Origin: Candidatus Woesearchaeota archaeon
GTDB taxonomy: Archaea > Nanobdellota > Nanobdellia > Woesearchaeales > JABMPP01
Length of the DNA stretch: 64,000 nucleotides
NCBI GenBank assembly: GCA_018303405.1
Contig: JAGVYD010000009.1
Span: forward strand, 195,045 to 259,044
Reading direction: 5' to 3'
Numbering within the stretch: position 1 is the first letter of the stretch; each line of letters begins with the position of its first letter. Made by a program: the position numbers and the translations under genes. Shown here in pieces: positions 1-9,722 of this stretch. The notes under the pieces are model-generated. The model was not told the origin of the DNA. It worked only from the letters and a program-made list of their open reading frames with translations, and did no database searches.

Positions 1-276
1 TGTCTTCCTTGCTGCTCATTAACCATACCTGGGTGAATGATTGTATCTGATTTTAAAAAGGTTATCATGTATCATCTGCTCAGTTGAAAATCACCTTCTT
101 TTCTTTGGCTCAAATCTGCAATAATCCGGTGCATTTGTTGGCTAAGCTCTATGGTTCCGGCCAAAAGGGAATCGACCATTGAGAAGGGTCTTTTTCGCTC
201 AGGAAATGTCAGATAACGCCTATTTTCCTTAAAGATATTCCAAAAGGCCATGCAAAGAAAGGGCCATAGTTAGTAT

Positions 277-555
277 TTAAATTATGTCCTCTTCAGCAAT
301 TACCAAGAAATCCCCTGATGCAATGACTGCACTGTAGGGTATGAGCATGTTTCCCTGCTTGTCCTTTTCAAGCTCAAGCTTGTCTGCATAAGGTGTCGGA
401 TTGGTGAGTATAAGGTGTATCAGCTCCCCGGACTTGACTTCAAAAATAATGTCGCCAACTTCTCCGAATCTCTTTCCGGCCTTGCTGACAACTGTCTTAC
501 CGACCAGCTGCTTGGAAAATCTCTTTTCCTCCATTTTTTCATCTATTTTTTCCAT
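277..555 (-). CDS. PRC-barrel domain protein
   Basis: Tracked ORF 277..651 trimmed to the internal ATG (MEKIDEKMEEK...). The 32 upstream codons are hydrophobic read-through towards the tyrS promoter. LVGKTVVSKAGKRFGEVGDIIFEVKSGELIHLIL...LIPYSAVIASGDFLVI fits the PRC-barrel pattern by eye. Confidence 0.55.
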   Translation of the reverse strand: MEKIDEKMEEKRFSKQLVGKTVVSKAGKRFGEVGDIIFEVKSGELIHLILTNPTPYADKLELEKDKQGNMLIPYSAVIASGDFLVIAEEDII

Positions 556-710
556 GGATGCAAAGGAGAAGATGTTATATTTAAACCTTTCGCTGGGGAC
601 TACTGGCCAGGGTAGAAGAAATTTTCCCATAGAGAGCAATATTGAAGGCATGACATATATATCTGCTATCTGGGCAATATTTTTATACCCAAGCCATCTT
701 TAGCCAAGCC

Positions 711-1781
711 ATGGATATCGAAAACAGGCTGGAACTGATAAGGCAAGTAGGGGAGGAAATAGTCACAGAAGAAGAGATGAGGGAACTGCTTTCTTCCAAA
801 AAAGGGTTTATTGCCTATGACGGATTTGAGCCTTCGGGAAATGTGCACATTGCCCAGGCCATTATGAGGACAATCAACATCAACAAGATGGTTGAGGCAG
901 GTGCAAAATTCAAGGTTCTTGTTGCTGACTGGCATGCATGGGCAAACAACAAGCTAGGAGGCAATCTGGAAAATATCCAAACCGTTGGAGAATATATGAT
1001 AGAAACGTGGAAAGCGTGCGGCCTGGAGACTGCTGGCGTGGAATTTGTCTGGGCAAATGAGCTGGTGAAAGATGAGGATTACTGGAAGACTGTGATGAAG
1101 GTGGCTGTCAACAACACAGTGAAAAGGGTCATAAGGTGCTCCCAGATCATGGGCAGGAGCGAAAGCGACAACCTGAGCGCTTCCCAGATATTCTATCCCT
1201 GCATGCAGGCGGCTGACATTTTTTACCTGAAAGCAGACCTTTGCCAGCTCGGGGTGGACCAGAGAAAGGTCAATATGCTGGCCAGGGAAGTTGGCCCAAA
1301 GCTGGGCTATTGGAAGCCAATAATAGTGAGCCACCATATGCTGATGGGGTTGGGACAGCCTCCCCTGGGAAAAACTGCGGAGGAAAAGGCCACGCAGATG
1401 AAAATGTCAAAATCCAACCCTGATTCAGCGATTTTCATGACTGACTCTGAAGAGCAGATAAAGGCAAAAATAAAAAAGGCCTATTGCCCTGAAAAAGTTG
1501 TTGAGGAAAATCCCACATTGGAATACTGCAAATACATGATTTTTGAAAAATTTGATGCAATACGCATTGAAAGGCCTGAAAAATACGGCGGCAATATTGA
1601 TATAGGCAGTTATGCTGAGCTAGAAGGGCTATTTACAAGTGGAGGGCTTCACCCTGTTGACCTGAAAAATGCCGTGGCATCAAAGCTAAACGAAATAATA
1701 TCGCCTGTAAGGGAGCATTTTGTGAAAAATAAAAAAGCAGCTGAGCTCAAAGAAAAAGTCTCAAAGATACTGGCAAAATAA
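711..1781 (+). CDS. tyrS: Tyrosyl-tRNA synthetase, archaeal type
   Basis: 356 aa, colinear with archaeal TyrRS as I remember it: GFEPSGNVHI, KMSKSNP (KMSKS loop), AKIKKAYCPEKVVEENP, RPEKYGG, LHPVDLKNAV. TATA-like TTTTATAC lies about 25 nt upstream of the ATG, so the transcript is probably leaderless. Confidence 0.93.
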   Translation: MDIENRLELIRQVGEEIVTEEEMRELLSSKKGFIAYDGFEPSGNVHIAQAIMRTININKMVEAGAKFKVLVADWHAWANNKLGGNLENIQTVGEYMIETWKACGLETAGVEFVWANELVKDEDYWKTVMKVAVNNTVKRVIRCSQIMGRSESDNLSASQIFYPCMQAADIFYLKADLCQLGVDQRKVNMLAREVGPKLGYWKPIIVSHHMLMGLGQPPLGKTAEEKATQMKMSKSNPDSAIFMTDSEEQIKAKIKKAYCPEKVVEENPTLEYCKYMIFEKFDAIRIERPEKYGGNIDIGSYAELEGLFTSGGLHPVDLKNAVASKLNEIISPVREHFVKNKKAAELKEKVSKILAK

Positions 1782-1808
1782 AAACGCATTGATGGCAGAA
1801 GAGCGGAT

Positions 1809-2501
1809 ATGTGCACGATAAAAACAAAAAAAGAGCTAATGCTGATAAAAAAGGCCTGCCGGATTACGGACCAGATATATTTAAGGATAATTTCTGGCTT
1901 GAACAAACATAAATTCAGGACAGAGAAGGATTTGGCAGAATTCATCAACAGCGAGATTGCGCAGAGAAAGCTGAAGCCAAGCTTTCCGTGCATAGTTGCG
2001 GCCGGGCCGGGAGCATCTGAGCCGCACCATACCCCTGAAAACAGGCGGCTAAAGGGGTTTGTGGTAATCGACTTTGGAGTTGTGTACAAAAAATACATGT
2101 CTGACATGACGCGAACAGTATATGTCGGCAAGCCATCCGCGGGTGAGAGAAAAATTTATGGGCTCCTTCTTAAAAGCCAAATAACCGCCGTGAATAGGAT
2201 AAAGGCTGGAATGAAATGCAGGGATGCACACCTTATTGCCAGCAAAGTGCTCGGAAAATGGGACAAGAGATTCATCCATGGACTGGGCCATGGGATCGGG
2301 ACAAAAATACATGAAATGCCAAGGGTCAGGAAAAAGAGCTGGAGATATATCAGGGAAGGCATGGCTATTACAGTTGAGCCAGGCATATATGTAAAGAACA
2401 AATTCGGCATAAGGATAGAGGATACTTGCGAAATCCGGCATGGAAAATGCATGGTGCTCACAAAATCAGGCAAGAAATTGACAGTGATAGGCCCGGCCTG
2501 A
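1809..2501 (+). CDS. M24 family metallopeptidase (Xaa-Pro peptidase-like, catalytic domain only)
   Basis: 230 aa with the pita-bread metal ligands in the expected order: VIDFG, SDMTRT, HGLGHGIG, VEPG, IEDT. The N-terminal creatinase-like domain is absent. Confidence 0.78.
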   Translation: MCTIKTKKELMLIKKACRITDQIYLRIISGLNKHKFRTEKDLAEFINSEIAQRKLKPSFPCIVAAGPGASEPHHTPENRRLKGFVVIDFGVVYKKYMSDMTRTVYVGKPSAGERKIYGLLLKSQITAVNRIKAGMKCRDAHLIASKVLGKWDKRFIHGLGHGIGTKIHEMPRVRKKSWRYIREGMAITVEPGIYVKNKFGIRIEDTCEIRHGKCMVLTKSGKKLTVIGPA

Positions 2502-2607
2502 ATCTTCCGGACCAATTCCTGCGGGCGGCAGGGCAAAAAGAATAAAACAACGGTGTAACTTGGCTATGGCTACAAAGATTTAAAAGCATTTTTTTATTCT
2601 AAACACA

Positions 2608-4038
2608 ATGCGCAATGTTAATTCTGACCTGGCTGATTTTTCCGTGGATTTCCTCAGGAAATTAGGCGCTGATTTTGCTGAGGCCAGGGAAGAAGAATAC
2701 CAGTCCAACATGATAATAATAAAAAATGGCGCTGTTGAGATTGCCGGCTGCCAGGAAAGCGTTGGCATCGGAGTCAAATTCGTAGTCAATGGATGTTATG
2801 GTTTCTGCTCTGTAAACCGGATTGACAGGGATCTTTTAAAAAAAGTGATTGAGGGCTCCTTTCGGCAGGCAAAAAAGTCATCTGGCATCCGAAACGCCGG
2901 CCAAAGCCCAAATGGAGAAAAGGCAATCAAGGATATTTCCAGAGTAGCGTATAAAACGAATCCGCTGGATGTGCCCCTTGACAAAAAAATTGGCTATATA
3001 AGGGAGATGGACAAGGGATTGCTGTCGCACGGCATAAAAATCCCTGCAAGGTTCTGGACCTGGACAGACGGCATGGTGAATAAGTATTATGTGAATTCCG
3101 AAGGCAGCAAAATATTGTCACAGTTTCCAATGGTTGGCCTTGACTATAGCCTGTCGATAAAAATTGGAAATTCCATGGCGCAGAGATACTGGCAGCATGC
3201 AAGCCAGGCAGGATGGGAGGCAATTAAGGATTGGAACCTGGAAGGCCAGCTCAAGGAGCATTTGCTGGCGCTGGAAGACAATGCGAGGCACGGAAAAAAA
3301 CCGCCGCATGGTGAAATTGACCTTATCACTGGATCAGAAGTTACAGGGATAATCGCGCATGAAAGCTGCGGACACCCTTATGAAGCTGATAGGATTCTGG
3401 GAAGGGAAGCAGCACAGGCAGGCGAGAGCTTTCTTGAAAGCGGCAGCGTTGGCACAAGAATGGGCAATGAAAAGCTCAACCTGGTTGATGACCCCACTGC
3501 CGCCGGAAAGGTTGGAAGCTATAAGTTTGATGATGAGGGAATAGGGGCAAGAAGGAAATACCTGATTAAAAATGGGAAGGTGAATGAGTTCCTTCACAAC
3601 AGGTCAACATCAAGGGAGATGGGCGTGAAAAGCAATGGCTCGGCAAGGGCCTCTTCCTTTGACAAGGATGCATTGGTAAGGATGAGCAACACTTTCTTTC
3701 TGCCCGGGGAACAGTCATTTGAGGAACTTGTTGAGGGGGTGAAAAGTGGGATTTTCATGAAAAATTTCACCGAATGGAACATCGATGATAAAAGAATAAA
3801 CCAGAAATATGTTGGAAGCGAGGCTTATTTGATTGAAAATGGGAAAATTGCCGGCCCTGTGAAAAGCCCTGTGCTGGAAATCAGCACATTCAAGCTGTAT
3901 GCCGCAATAGATGCCTCATCAAGGGACATGTTTGAGCTGCATGCCGCAACCTGTGGAAAAGGCGAGCCAATGCAAGGCTTAGGTGTGAGCATGGGCGGGC
4001 CATGCCTGAGAATAAAGGGGATTAGGCTCAGCAATTAG
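2608..4038 (+). CDS. tldD: TldD family metalloprotease
   Basis: 476 aa. Has the HESCGH metal-binding motif followed by GESF, plus the C-terminal GxC...GG motif region typical of TldD/PmbA (peptidase U62). Confidence 0.88.
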   Translation: MRNVNSDLADFSVDFLRKLGADFAEAREEEYQSNMIIIKNGAVEIAGCQESVGIGVKFVVNGCYGFCSVNRIDRDLLKKVIEGSFRQAKKSSGIRNAGQSPNGEKAIKDISRVAYKTNPLDVPLDKKIGYIREMDKGLLSHGIKIPARFWTWTDGMVNKYYVNSEGSKILSQFPMVGLDYSLSIKIGNSMAQRYWQHASQAGWEAIKDWNLEGQLKEHLLALEDNARHGKKPPHGEIDLITGSEVTGIIAHESCGHPYEADRILGREAAQAGESFLESGSVGTRMGNEKLNLVDDPTAAGKVGSYKFDDEGIGARRKYLIKNGKVNEFLHNRSTSREMGVKSNGSARASSFDKDALVRMSNTFFLPGEQSFEELVEGVKSGIFMKNFTEWNIDDKRINQKYVGSEAYLIENGKIAGPVKSPVLEISTFKLYAAIDASSRDMFELHAATCGKGEPMQGLGVSMGGPCLRIKGIRLSN

Positions 4039-4132
4039 CATTTGTGCATACAAATCAAAAGAACGAATAATAATTTAATAAAAAACCTTGGCAAAGTCCG
4101 AGACACACTCACGAAATAATCAATAAAAGAAA

Positions 4133-5518
4133 ATGGCACAATCAGAAAAAGAAAGAGAAAAAACTGGAAGCAATGTCAACATAGGCAAGGTAGCCAGCAG
4201 AACTTTGAAATTACTGGCAAGCAAAGGGTGTGATGATGCCATTGTAGAGGCCAAGGAGGCCAGGCAAAGCCAAATTAAATTTGTGAACAATAAAATTCTC
4301 GGGATTAGCAATGTAGACCATGTTGGAATGGATATATTTGTAAGCCAAAAAGGAAAAACTGCGGCCACAACAATCGAAAACCTGGATGAAGAGTATATCA
4401 GCGCTGCAATAAGCAAATTGATTGGCCTGCTAAAATACATGCCTGTTAATAAAGGATTTAAGGGAATATCAAAAGGGCCTTTCAGGTACAGGAAAGTCAA
4501 GATGTCCTATGACACAAAAATAGCCAATCTCGGCAAAAATGCCGCAGACATTGTGGAGAAGGGGATTGACTTGGCAAAAAAGGAGGGCGCCTCAAGGGTC
4601 TCCGGAAACTTCGATTATGGCAAGACAAGATCAGCAATATGCACCACAGAAGGCACAGAGGCCGAGGAAACGGGCACGCATGCGTACTTCAGCATAAGGT
4701 CTTTCGCCAGCAAGGAAGCATCTGGCCATAAAACAGCATGCGCAAGAATGCTGGGGAAGCTAGATTATGCAACTGCTGCAAAGAGGTCCGGGCAGATGGC
4801 AATGCAGGGAATAAATCCTGAGCAATTGGACAGCGGAAAATATGAGGTTATTTTTGACCCCATGGCCTTTGCTGTGCTGGCCGACAATGTCGCAAGCGCC
4901 TGCTCGATTTTTTCTGTTGAATCCGGACTTTCGTTTCTTGGGGATAAAATAGGGAAGGAGGTTGCCAGCAGGGATTTTACCATGGTGGATGATGGGAGGC
5001 TTGCCAACGGCTTTGGGTCAAGCATGTTTGATGACGAAGGCACGCCAACATCGCGCAATGCTACAATTGAAAATGGAAAACTCAGGTCATTCCTGTACAA
5101 TTATTCCGCAGCACTGCGTCACAAATCAAAATACAAGGCAAAAAATACTGCAAATGCCGGAATTGTTTCGCCTGAACCCTGGAACACAATTGTTATGCCG
5201 GGAAAAAGAAGAAGCGAGAAGCTTTTTAAAGATGTGAGCAAAGGCTTATATATCACCAACATTTGGTATACTAGATTCAAGAATTATTCGACGGGAGATT
5301 TTTCAACAATCCCCAGAGACAGCATCTTTTTAATCAGCGACGGAAAAATTAAAAAAGCGGTGAAGGGCATAAGGATAAGTGATAACATGCTGCGAATGCT
5401 AAAAAATATTTATCAAATTTCTGACAAGCCCGAGCAGGTTATTGGTTGGGAGACTGAAAGGCCAGTTACAACCCCGTTTGTCGCAATAAATGATGTCAAT
5501 GTTTCAAAATCGGTGTAA
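4133..5518 (+). CDS. pmbA: PmbA/TldE family protein (TldD partner)
   Basis: 461 aa paralogue of the preceding gene with the same overall pattern (FDDEGTPT, ENGKL..FLYN, ITN.WYTRF) but no HExxxH. This is the usual TldD-TldE gene pair. Confidence 0.8.
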   Translation: MAQSEKEREKTGSNVNIGKVASRTLKLLASKGCDDAIVEAKEARQSQIKFVNNKILGISNVDHVGMDIFVSQKGKTAATTIENLDEEYISAAISKLIGLLKYMPVNKGFKGISKGPFRYRKVKMSYDTKIANLGKNAADIVEKGIDLAKKEGASRVSGNFDYGKTRSAICTTEGTEAEETGTHAYFSIRSFASKEASGHKTACARMLGKLDYATAAKRSGQMAMQGINPEQLDSGKYEVIFDPMAFAVLADNVASACSIFSVESGLSFLGDKIGKEVASRDFTMVDDGRLANGFGSSMFDDEGTPTSRNATIENGKLRSFLYNYSAALRHKSKYKAKNTANAGIVSPEPWNTIVMPGKRRSEKLFKDVSKGLYITNIWYTRFKNYSTGDFSTIPRDSIFLISDGKIKKAVKGIRISDNMLRMLKNIYQISDKPEQVIGWETERPVTTPFVAINDVNVSKSV

Positions 5519-5520
5519 AA

Positions 5521-6666
5521 ATGGATGAGAAAGAGGTTGCAGGAGGCGTAGTCACCAGGTATTCTGCCAGCATCTCGACTAACGGCAGCAGCACTGATGA
5601 AGAAAACAAAATCCTAAGGGAAACAATTGGCCATATGAGGGAAGAGCTGGAGAAATTCAGGCGCCCGCCGCTCCTTGTCTGCGAAGTCAGCGAGATAATG
5701 AACAAGAATGCAGTAATAAAAGTACCAAATGGCAACAATTTCTATGTGGAGATTTCCAACAACCTTTCAAACCTGAAAGTAGGGGACACTGTTCTGGTCG
5801 AGCAGAAAAACCTGACAATCCTGAAAAAGATTCCAGGCACAAAGCTGTTCAATGTTGACAAATTTGTGATAGTTGAGAGCCCGAAAGTTGCTTGGGGTGA
5901 GATAGGCGGCCTCGAAGCCCAAATTGAGGAAATCAAGGAGGTCATTGAGCTGCCCCTGAAAAAGCCGGAGCTTTTCAAAAAAGTAGGGATACAGCCTCCA
6001 AAGGGAATTCTGCTGTACGGCGAACCCGGGACTGGAAAAACCCTGCTCGCGAAGGCAGTTGCGGCCTCTACAAAAAGCACATTCATCGAGATTGTCGGCT
6101 CGGAGCTCGTGCAGAAATTCATCGGGGAGGGCGCAAAGCTCGTTAAGGAGATTTTCCAGCTTGCAAGAGAAAAGGCTCCATCAATTATTTACATTGACGA
6201 GCTGGATGCACTTGCTGCAAAAAGAATTGACCTCGGTACATCGGGTGAACGGGAAGTGCAGAGGACATTCATGCAGTTGCTTGCTGAAATTGACGGGTTC
6301 AAGCACCTTGGCATGGTCAAGGTTATTGGCTGCACAAACAGGATAGATATTCTCGATCCGGCAATACTCAGGCCAGGAAGGCTGGACAGGCTGATCAAGG
6401 TGCCTTTGCCTGACGCTGAAGGCAGGAAAATGATTTGCAAAATCCACAGCAAGAATATGTCGCTTGAAAAGTTTGACATGGACCCGCTGATCCATCAGAT
6501 GGAAAATTTCTCAGGCGCTGAAATCAAGGCTGTTTGCACAGAAGCCGGCTATTACGCGATAAGGGACAGCCGGAGCATCATTAATGAGAAGGATTTCCTG
6601 GCAGCAATTGATAAGATCAAAAAATCCAATGCTGAAGACACTGATTTCGCCGGAATGTTTGGGTAG
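5521..6666 (+). CDS. pan: Proteasome-activating nucleotidase-like AAA+ ATPase
   Basis: 381 aa with an N-terminal coiled coil (ENKILRETIGHMREELEKF), an OB segment, Walker A GEPGTGKTLLAKAVA, Walker B IIYIDELD, and the second region of homology. The start lies 3 nt after the pmbA stop. Confidence 0.88.
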   Translation: MDEKEVAGGVVTRYSASISTNGSSTDEENKILRETIGHMREELEKFRRPPLLVCEVSEIMNKNAVIKVPNGNNFYVEISNNLSNLKVGDTVLVEQKNLTILKKIPGTKLFNVDKFVIVESPKVAWGEIGGLEAQIEEIKEVIELPLKKPELFKKVGIQPPKGILLYGEPGTGKTLLAKAVAASTKSTFIEIVGSELVQKFIGEGAKLVKEIFQLAREKAPSIIYIDELDALAAKRIDLGTSGEREVQRTFMQLLAEIDGFKHLGMVKVIGCTNRIDILDPAILRPGRLDRLIKVPLPDAEGRKMICKIHSKNMSLEKFDMDPLIHQMENFSGAEIKAVCTEAGYYAIRDSRSIINEKDFLAAIDKIKKSNAEDTDFAGMFG

Positions 6667-6772
6667 ATATTTCTTTGCTTTGTGCGCCTGTGACAGCCAG
6701 TAGATTTTCATGCCCACCTTCTCGGGACTTGATAACCACATGATTTAATAAGAAGGAAGACTTGCCCAGGTT

Positions 6773-6840
6773 CGCGCAATGATGCAAGTGAACACCCACT
6801 GATCGAAAGAGATGATGAACGGAAGTAACTGCTGAGCGCG
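6773..6840 (+). ncRNA. C/D box sRNA (2'-O-methylation guide), not in the ORF track
   Basis: Read directly from the sequence. Order is GCGC-A-[AUGAUGC C box, 6779-6785], a 13-nt guide, [CUGA D' box, 6799-6802], a 9-nt loop, [AUGAUGA C' box, 6812-6818], a 13-nt guide, [CUGA D box, 6832-6835], then GCGC. The terminal GCGC/GCGC can form a 4-bp closing stem. Guide lengths are symmetric and total size is about 68 nt, as in archaeal sRNAs. It sits in the convergent gap between pan and trm5. Confidence 0.68.
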
Positions 6841-6860
6841 ATTACCTCTTGCTGCAGAAT

Positions 6861-7895
6861 TTATCGGACAAGAATGTCTATGCATATCCTATAGCTTCTG
6901 GGCGCGATTTGCCCGCATGTAACCCATTTTAGAATCTTGTATTTCCTCCTGGCCTTGGCAAATGCACGTTTAATAGCCTGCAAAGCATCTGTTGGCTCTG
7001 TTTCACCGAGTGACGTGTCAAAAAAATTGTAAAGGTGGATGATTGCTCCATGCTTGGACCTGGCCAGCGCAAACGACAGGAAATTTTCTGCAGATTTTGG
7101 CAGGGGCATTACAATCCGGTCGAATTTTTCCTTAAGTTTTGGCACTTCCTTTCTTACATCGCCCCTTATAAGATTTACATTTTTGATTTTATTCAGCCTG
7201 ACGCTTTCAAGGGCGTATTTATGGCCAACGGGATTGATTTCCACCCCTGCGATAAGGGACGCCCTGCTATTCCGGGCAATTGTCACCGGATATGCACCGC
7301 CCCCTGAAAACATGACAAGGACCTTTTCATTAGGCCTGACCTGGGAGAATATCCGCTTTCTCTCATTGGACAGCCTTGGGGAAAAATAAACCCGTTCGAC
7401 ATCAAGCTTGATTGAGCAGCCATGCTCCTTATGGATTGTTTCCCGCTTGTTCTTTCCTGCAAGATAAATCATTTTCTGAAGCCGGTATGTTCCCTCATGC
7501 CCCCCCTTTTTCTTGAGGACAGTGGCAATATTCCTGTGATTCCCCAGAATAGACTTGGCAATAATTTTCTGCTGCTTGACCAAATGCCTTGGAATTTCAA
7601 GAATGGCAATATCACCAACCACGTCGAAGCCTCCAAGATGTGCCTGAGCAGCTTTCTGCGCCCCGGATTTTCTTGGCGCTGCAATGGAGCGGTTTACAAC
7701 TCGGAATGCACCAGCAGGCAAACTGCCTGATTTTATTTTTTGCATAAGGACACGGCCAGGCATATGCCCTGCCAATGGAAAATAAACATATCCCTTTTCC
7801 TTGACGGCCTTCATTTCCCGGTGCAATATGCTTTCCCTGACAAGCATTCCCTTTAGTTTTTCAGCATATCGCATGCTTACCTTAATGCATTTCAT
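6861..7895 (-). CDS. trm5: tRNA (guanine37-N1)-methyltransferase Trm5/Taw22 family
   Basis: Class I SAM methyltransferase core (VLVMFSGGGAYPVTIA) and the IVMPLPKSAENFL motif, equivalent to the NLPK motif of Trm5. The first codon of the tracked ORF is TTG, so the start was moved to the adjacent ATG. Confidence 0.78.
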   Translation of the reverse strand: MKCIKVSMRYAEKLKGMLVRESILHREMKAVKEKGYVYFPLAGHMPGRVLMQKIKSGSLPAGAFRVVNRSIAAPRKSGAQKAAQAHLGGFDVVGDIAILEIPRHLVKQQKIIAKSILGNHRNIATVLKKKGGHEGTYRLQKMIYLAGKNKRETIHKEHGCSIKLDVERVYFSPRLSNERKRIFSQVRPNEKVLVMFSGGGAYPVTIARNSRASLIAGVEINPVGHKYALESVRLNKIKNVNLIRGDVRKEVPKLKEKFDRIVMPLPKSAENFLSFALARSKHGAIIHLYNFFDTSLGETEPTDALQAIKRAFAKARRKYKILKWVTCGQIAPRSYRICIDILVR

Positions 7896-8598
7896 CAAGC
7901 ACCTTCTTCAGCCTATCCGGGTAATTTGTGAAAATGCCATCAACTCCCATTTTAGCTGCGCTGCACATGTCTGATTCCTTATTTATTGTCCATGCCAATA
8001 CTTTCAGCCCATGGCTATGCGCAGATGATACAAGCTTGGCCGACAAAAGCCCCATGCGGGGATTAATTGATTTGCATTTGAGGTCCAATGCGGTCTTAAG
8101 GCTGCCTTTCCATAATATTCCGCCCGCGACAACGCCCATATTGAGTTTATTGTCAATGTGTTGCATATTTTTAAGAATTCTTGCACTGACAGAGCTGAAT
8201 AGCACATCATATAAGATTCCGGCATTTCTCACTATGTCCAGGATTTTTTTTTCATGGCCGGCTGAGTCCGGCTTGATTTCCACATTTATCCTGGTTGCCC
8301 TCAGCAGATTTATCCCTTCTTCAAGGGTCAGTATGCGTTCCTGATGATAGTCAGGATGAAACCAGGAGCCTGCATCCAACTTCTTAATCTGGTTCAGGGT
8401 ATATTGCCCCATTATGCCAGGCTGGCCAGTGAGCCTTTTCATCTTGGTGTCATGAAATATGACAGGTATGCCGTCCTTTGTGATGGCCACATCAAACTCC
8501 ACCATATCAGTCTTATGCTCAAGAGCTTTTAGAAAGGCTGATGCTGTATTCTCAGGGGCATGGCCAGAAGATCCGCGATGCGCAATAATTTCTACCAT
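7882..8598 (-). CDS. Glycerophosphodiester phosphodiesterase (GDPD family)
   Basis: MVEIIAHRGSSGHAPENTASAF...EFDV...DGIPVIFHD is the GDPD signature. Tracked ORF 7882..8748 was trimmed to this ATG because the upstream part overlaps the fen1 3' end. The 3' end overlaps the trm5 start by 14 nt. Confidence 0.85.
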   Translation of the reverse strand: MVEIIAHRGSSGHAPENTASAFLKALEHKTDMVEFDVAITKDGIPVIFHDTKMKRLTGQPGIMGQYTLNQIKKLDAGSWFHPDYHQERILTLEEGINLLRATRINVEIKPDSAGHEKKILDIVRNAGILYDVLFSSVSARILKNMQHIDNKLNMGVVAGGILWKGSLKTALDLKCKSINPRMGLLSAKLVSSAHSHGLKVLAWTINKESDMCSAAKMGVDGIFTNYPDRLKKVLDEMH

Positions 8599-8617
8599 GT
8601 TGTCACCGCCGAGCCCA

Positions 8618-9652
8618 TCAGAAATATTCCCCCAGCCCTTTTTGCCGGTTTTGGCTTTGCGCCTTATGAAGCTTATCAAGTGTGGCAGAAACCCTTTCGT
8701 TGGAAAAATCATGCTGCCCAACGAGCAAGTCGATAACCAGGGAGTCATTGATATCCCGCCAGTTGAGAGTATAATCGCTTGTCACAGGCATTTCCTTGAA
8801 TTGCCTGAATATCTCTTTCCAGGAAACATCATAGTGCTGACTCCAGGAAACAGCACTGAAAAGCGCATCAAAATCGTTGGCATGCTCCTTAACCAGTTGA
8901 AGGGCTTTTTTTGGCCCAATGCCCTTGATGCCTGCTGAATTATAGTCAGTTCCAACAAGAAGGGCAAGGGCAATCAGTTGATCTTGGCTGATATCCAATT
9001 CGGCAAGAGTTTTCTCCAGGTCGACCAGCTCAGGACTGACTTGCTCATAGAGTGCGCTGCTGGCTTTTTTTCTTCGCCCAGATATGGATAGATTTCTGAT
9101 CAACAGAGGCGTGCCGAACAAAAGACTGTCGGCATCCTGGGATGCAACTGCATAGGCGTGCCCTTCCCTGACCACGTGTGCAGCCTGGGCTTCGCCCTCA
9201 GAAGGTGCCTGAACAATAGGGACACCCATGGCAGTCAGGAGTGATTTGGACTCTTCAATCATTTCGGCAGTAAGCCTTGATGTCCTGGAAGCGTATTTCC
9301 TCATCCCATCAATGTCTTCTTTTTGAACTGCAATTTTGTATTTTGCCTCTGCCTTTTGCTTGGCCTTTTGCCTTCGCTCCTGCTCAGTGCGTTTCATATC
9401 TGGAGCCTTGCCGTCAAAAACATACACAAGCCTGACATTTCGTTCCATCAGGTTTGCCGTGCGTGAAAATAAGCCGGACAAATGGGATGTTATGCCCCCC
9501 TTGCTGTCCATTAAAGGCGTGCCATCCCTCTGCCGTATTGTAGAAAGAAATTGATAAATGTGGTTGTATGCGTCAACTGCAATAACTTTCCCATAGATAT
9601 CTGGCACGGAAATTTCCTTTCTGGACAGGATGTCAGTTATAGGCACTCCCAT
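8618..9652 (-). CDS. fen: Flap endonuclease 1
   Basis: 344 aa. N-terminal MGVPITDIL...IAVDAYNHIYQFLSTIRQRDGTPLMDSKG..TSHL.G.F.R, the I-domain and H3TH (GTDYN..GIKGIGPKKA), and a C-terminal PIP-like tail (QKGLGEYF). Confidence 0.95.
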   Translation of the reverse strand: MGVPITDILSRKEISVPDIYGKVIAVDAYNHIYQFLSTIRQRDGTPLMDSKGGITSHLSGLFSRTANLMERNVRLVYVFDGKAPDMKRTEQERRQKAKQKAEAKYKIAVQKEDIDGMRKYASRTSRLTAEMIEESKSLLTAMGVPIVQAPSEGEAQAAHVVREGHAYAVASQDADSLLFGTPLLIRNLSISGRRKKASSALYEQVSPELVDLEKTLAELDISQDQLIALALLVGTDYNSAGIKGIGPKKALQLVKEHANDFDALFSAVSWSQHYDVSWKEIFRQFKEMPVTSDYTLNWRDINDSLVIDLLVGQHDFSNERVSATLDKLHKAQSQNRQKGLGEYF

Positions 9653-9722
9653 AGTTCACCTTTGTTTATTTTCTGATGATTTTTCATTTTCCAAGACACA
9701 ATGATGAAGAGGCCGGTGCCCA

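Noticed and set aside
72-251. 59-aa minus-strand ORF downstream of the PRC-barrel gene, and a possible further minus-strand start near position 26 running off the window.
   Set aside because: Below the track threshold, with no recognisable motif and no way to assess it. Only about 26 nt of the second candidate are visible.
9668-9710. C/D sRNA-like boxes (CUGAUGA and AAUGAUGA) in the fen1 upstream gap.
   Set aside because: No CUGA D or D' boxes at suitable spacing on either strand, and no terminal stem.
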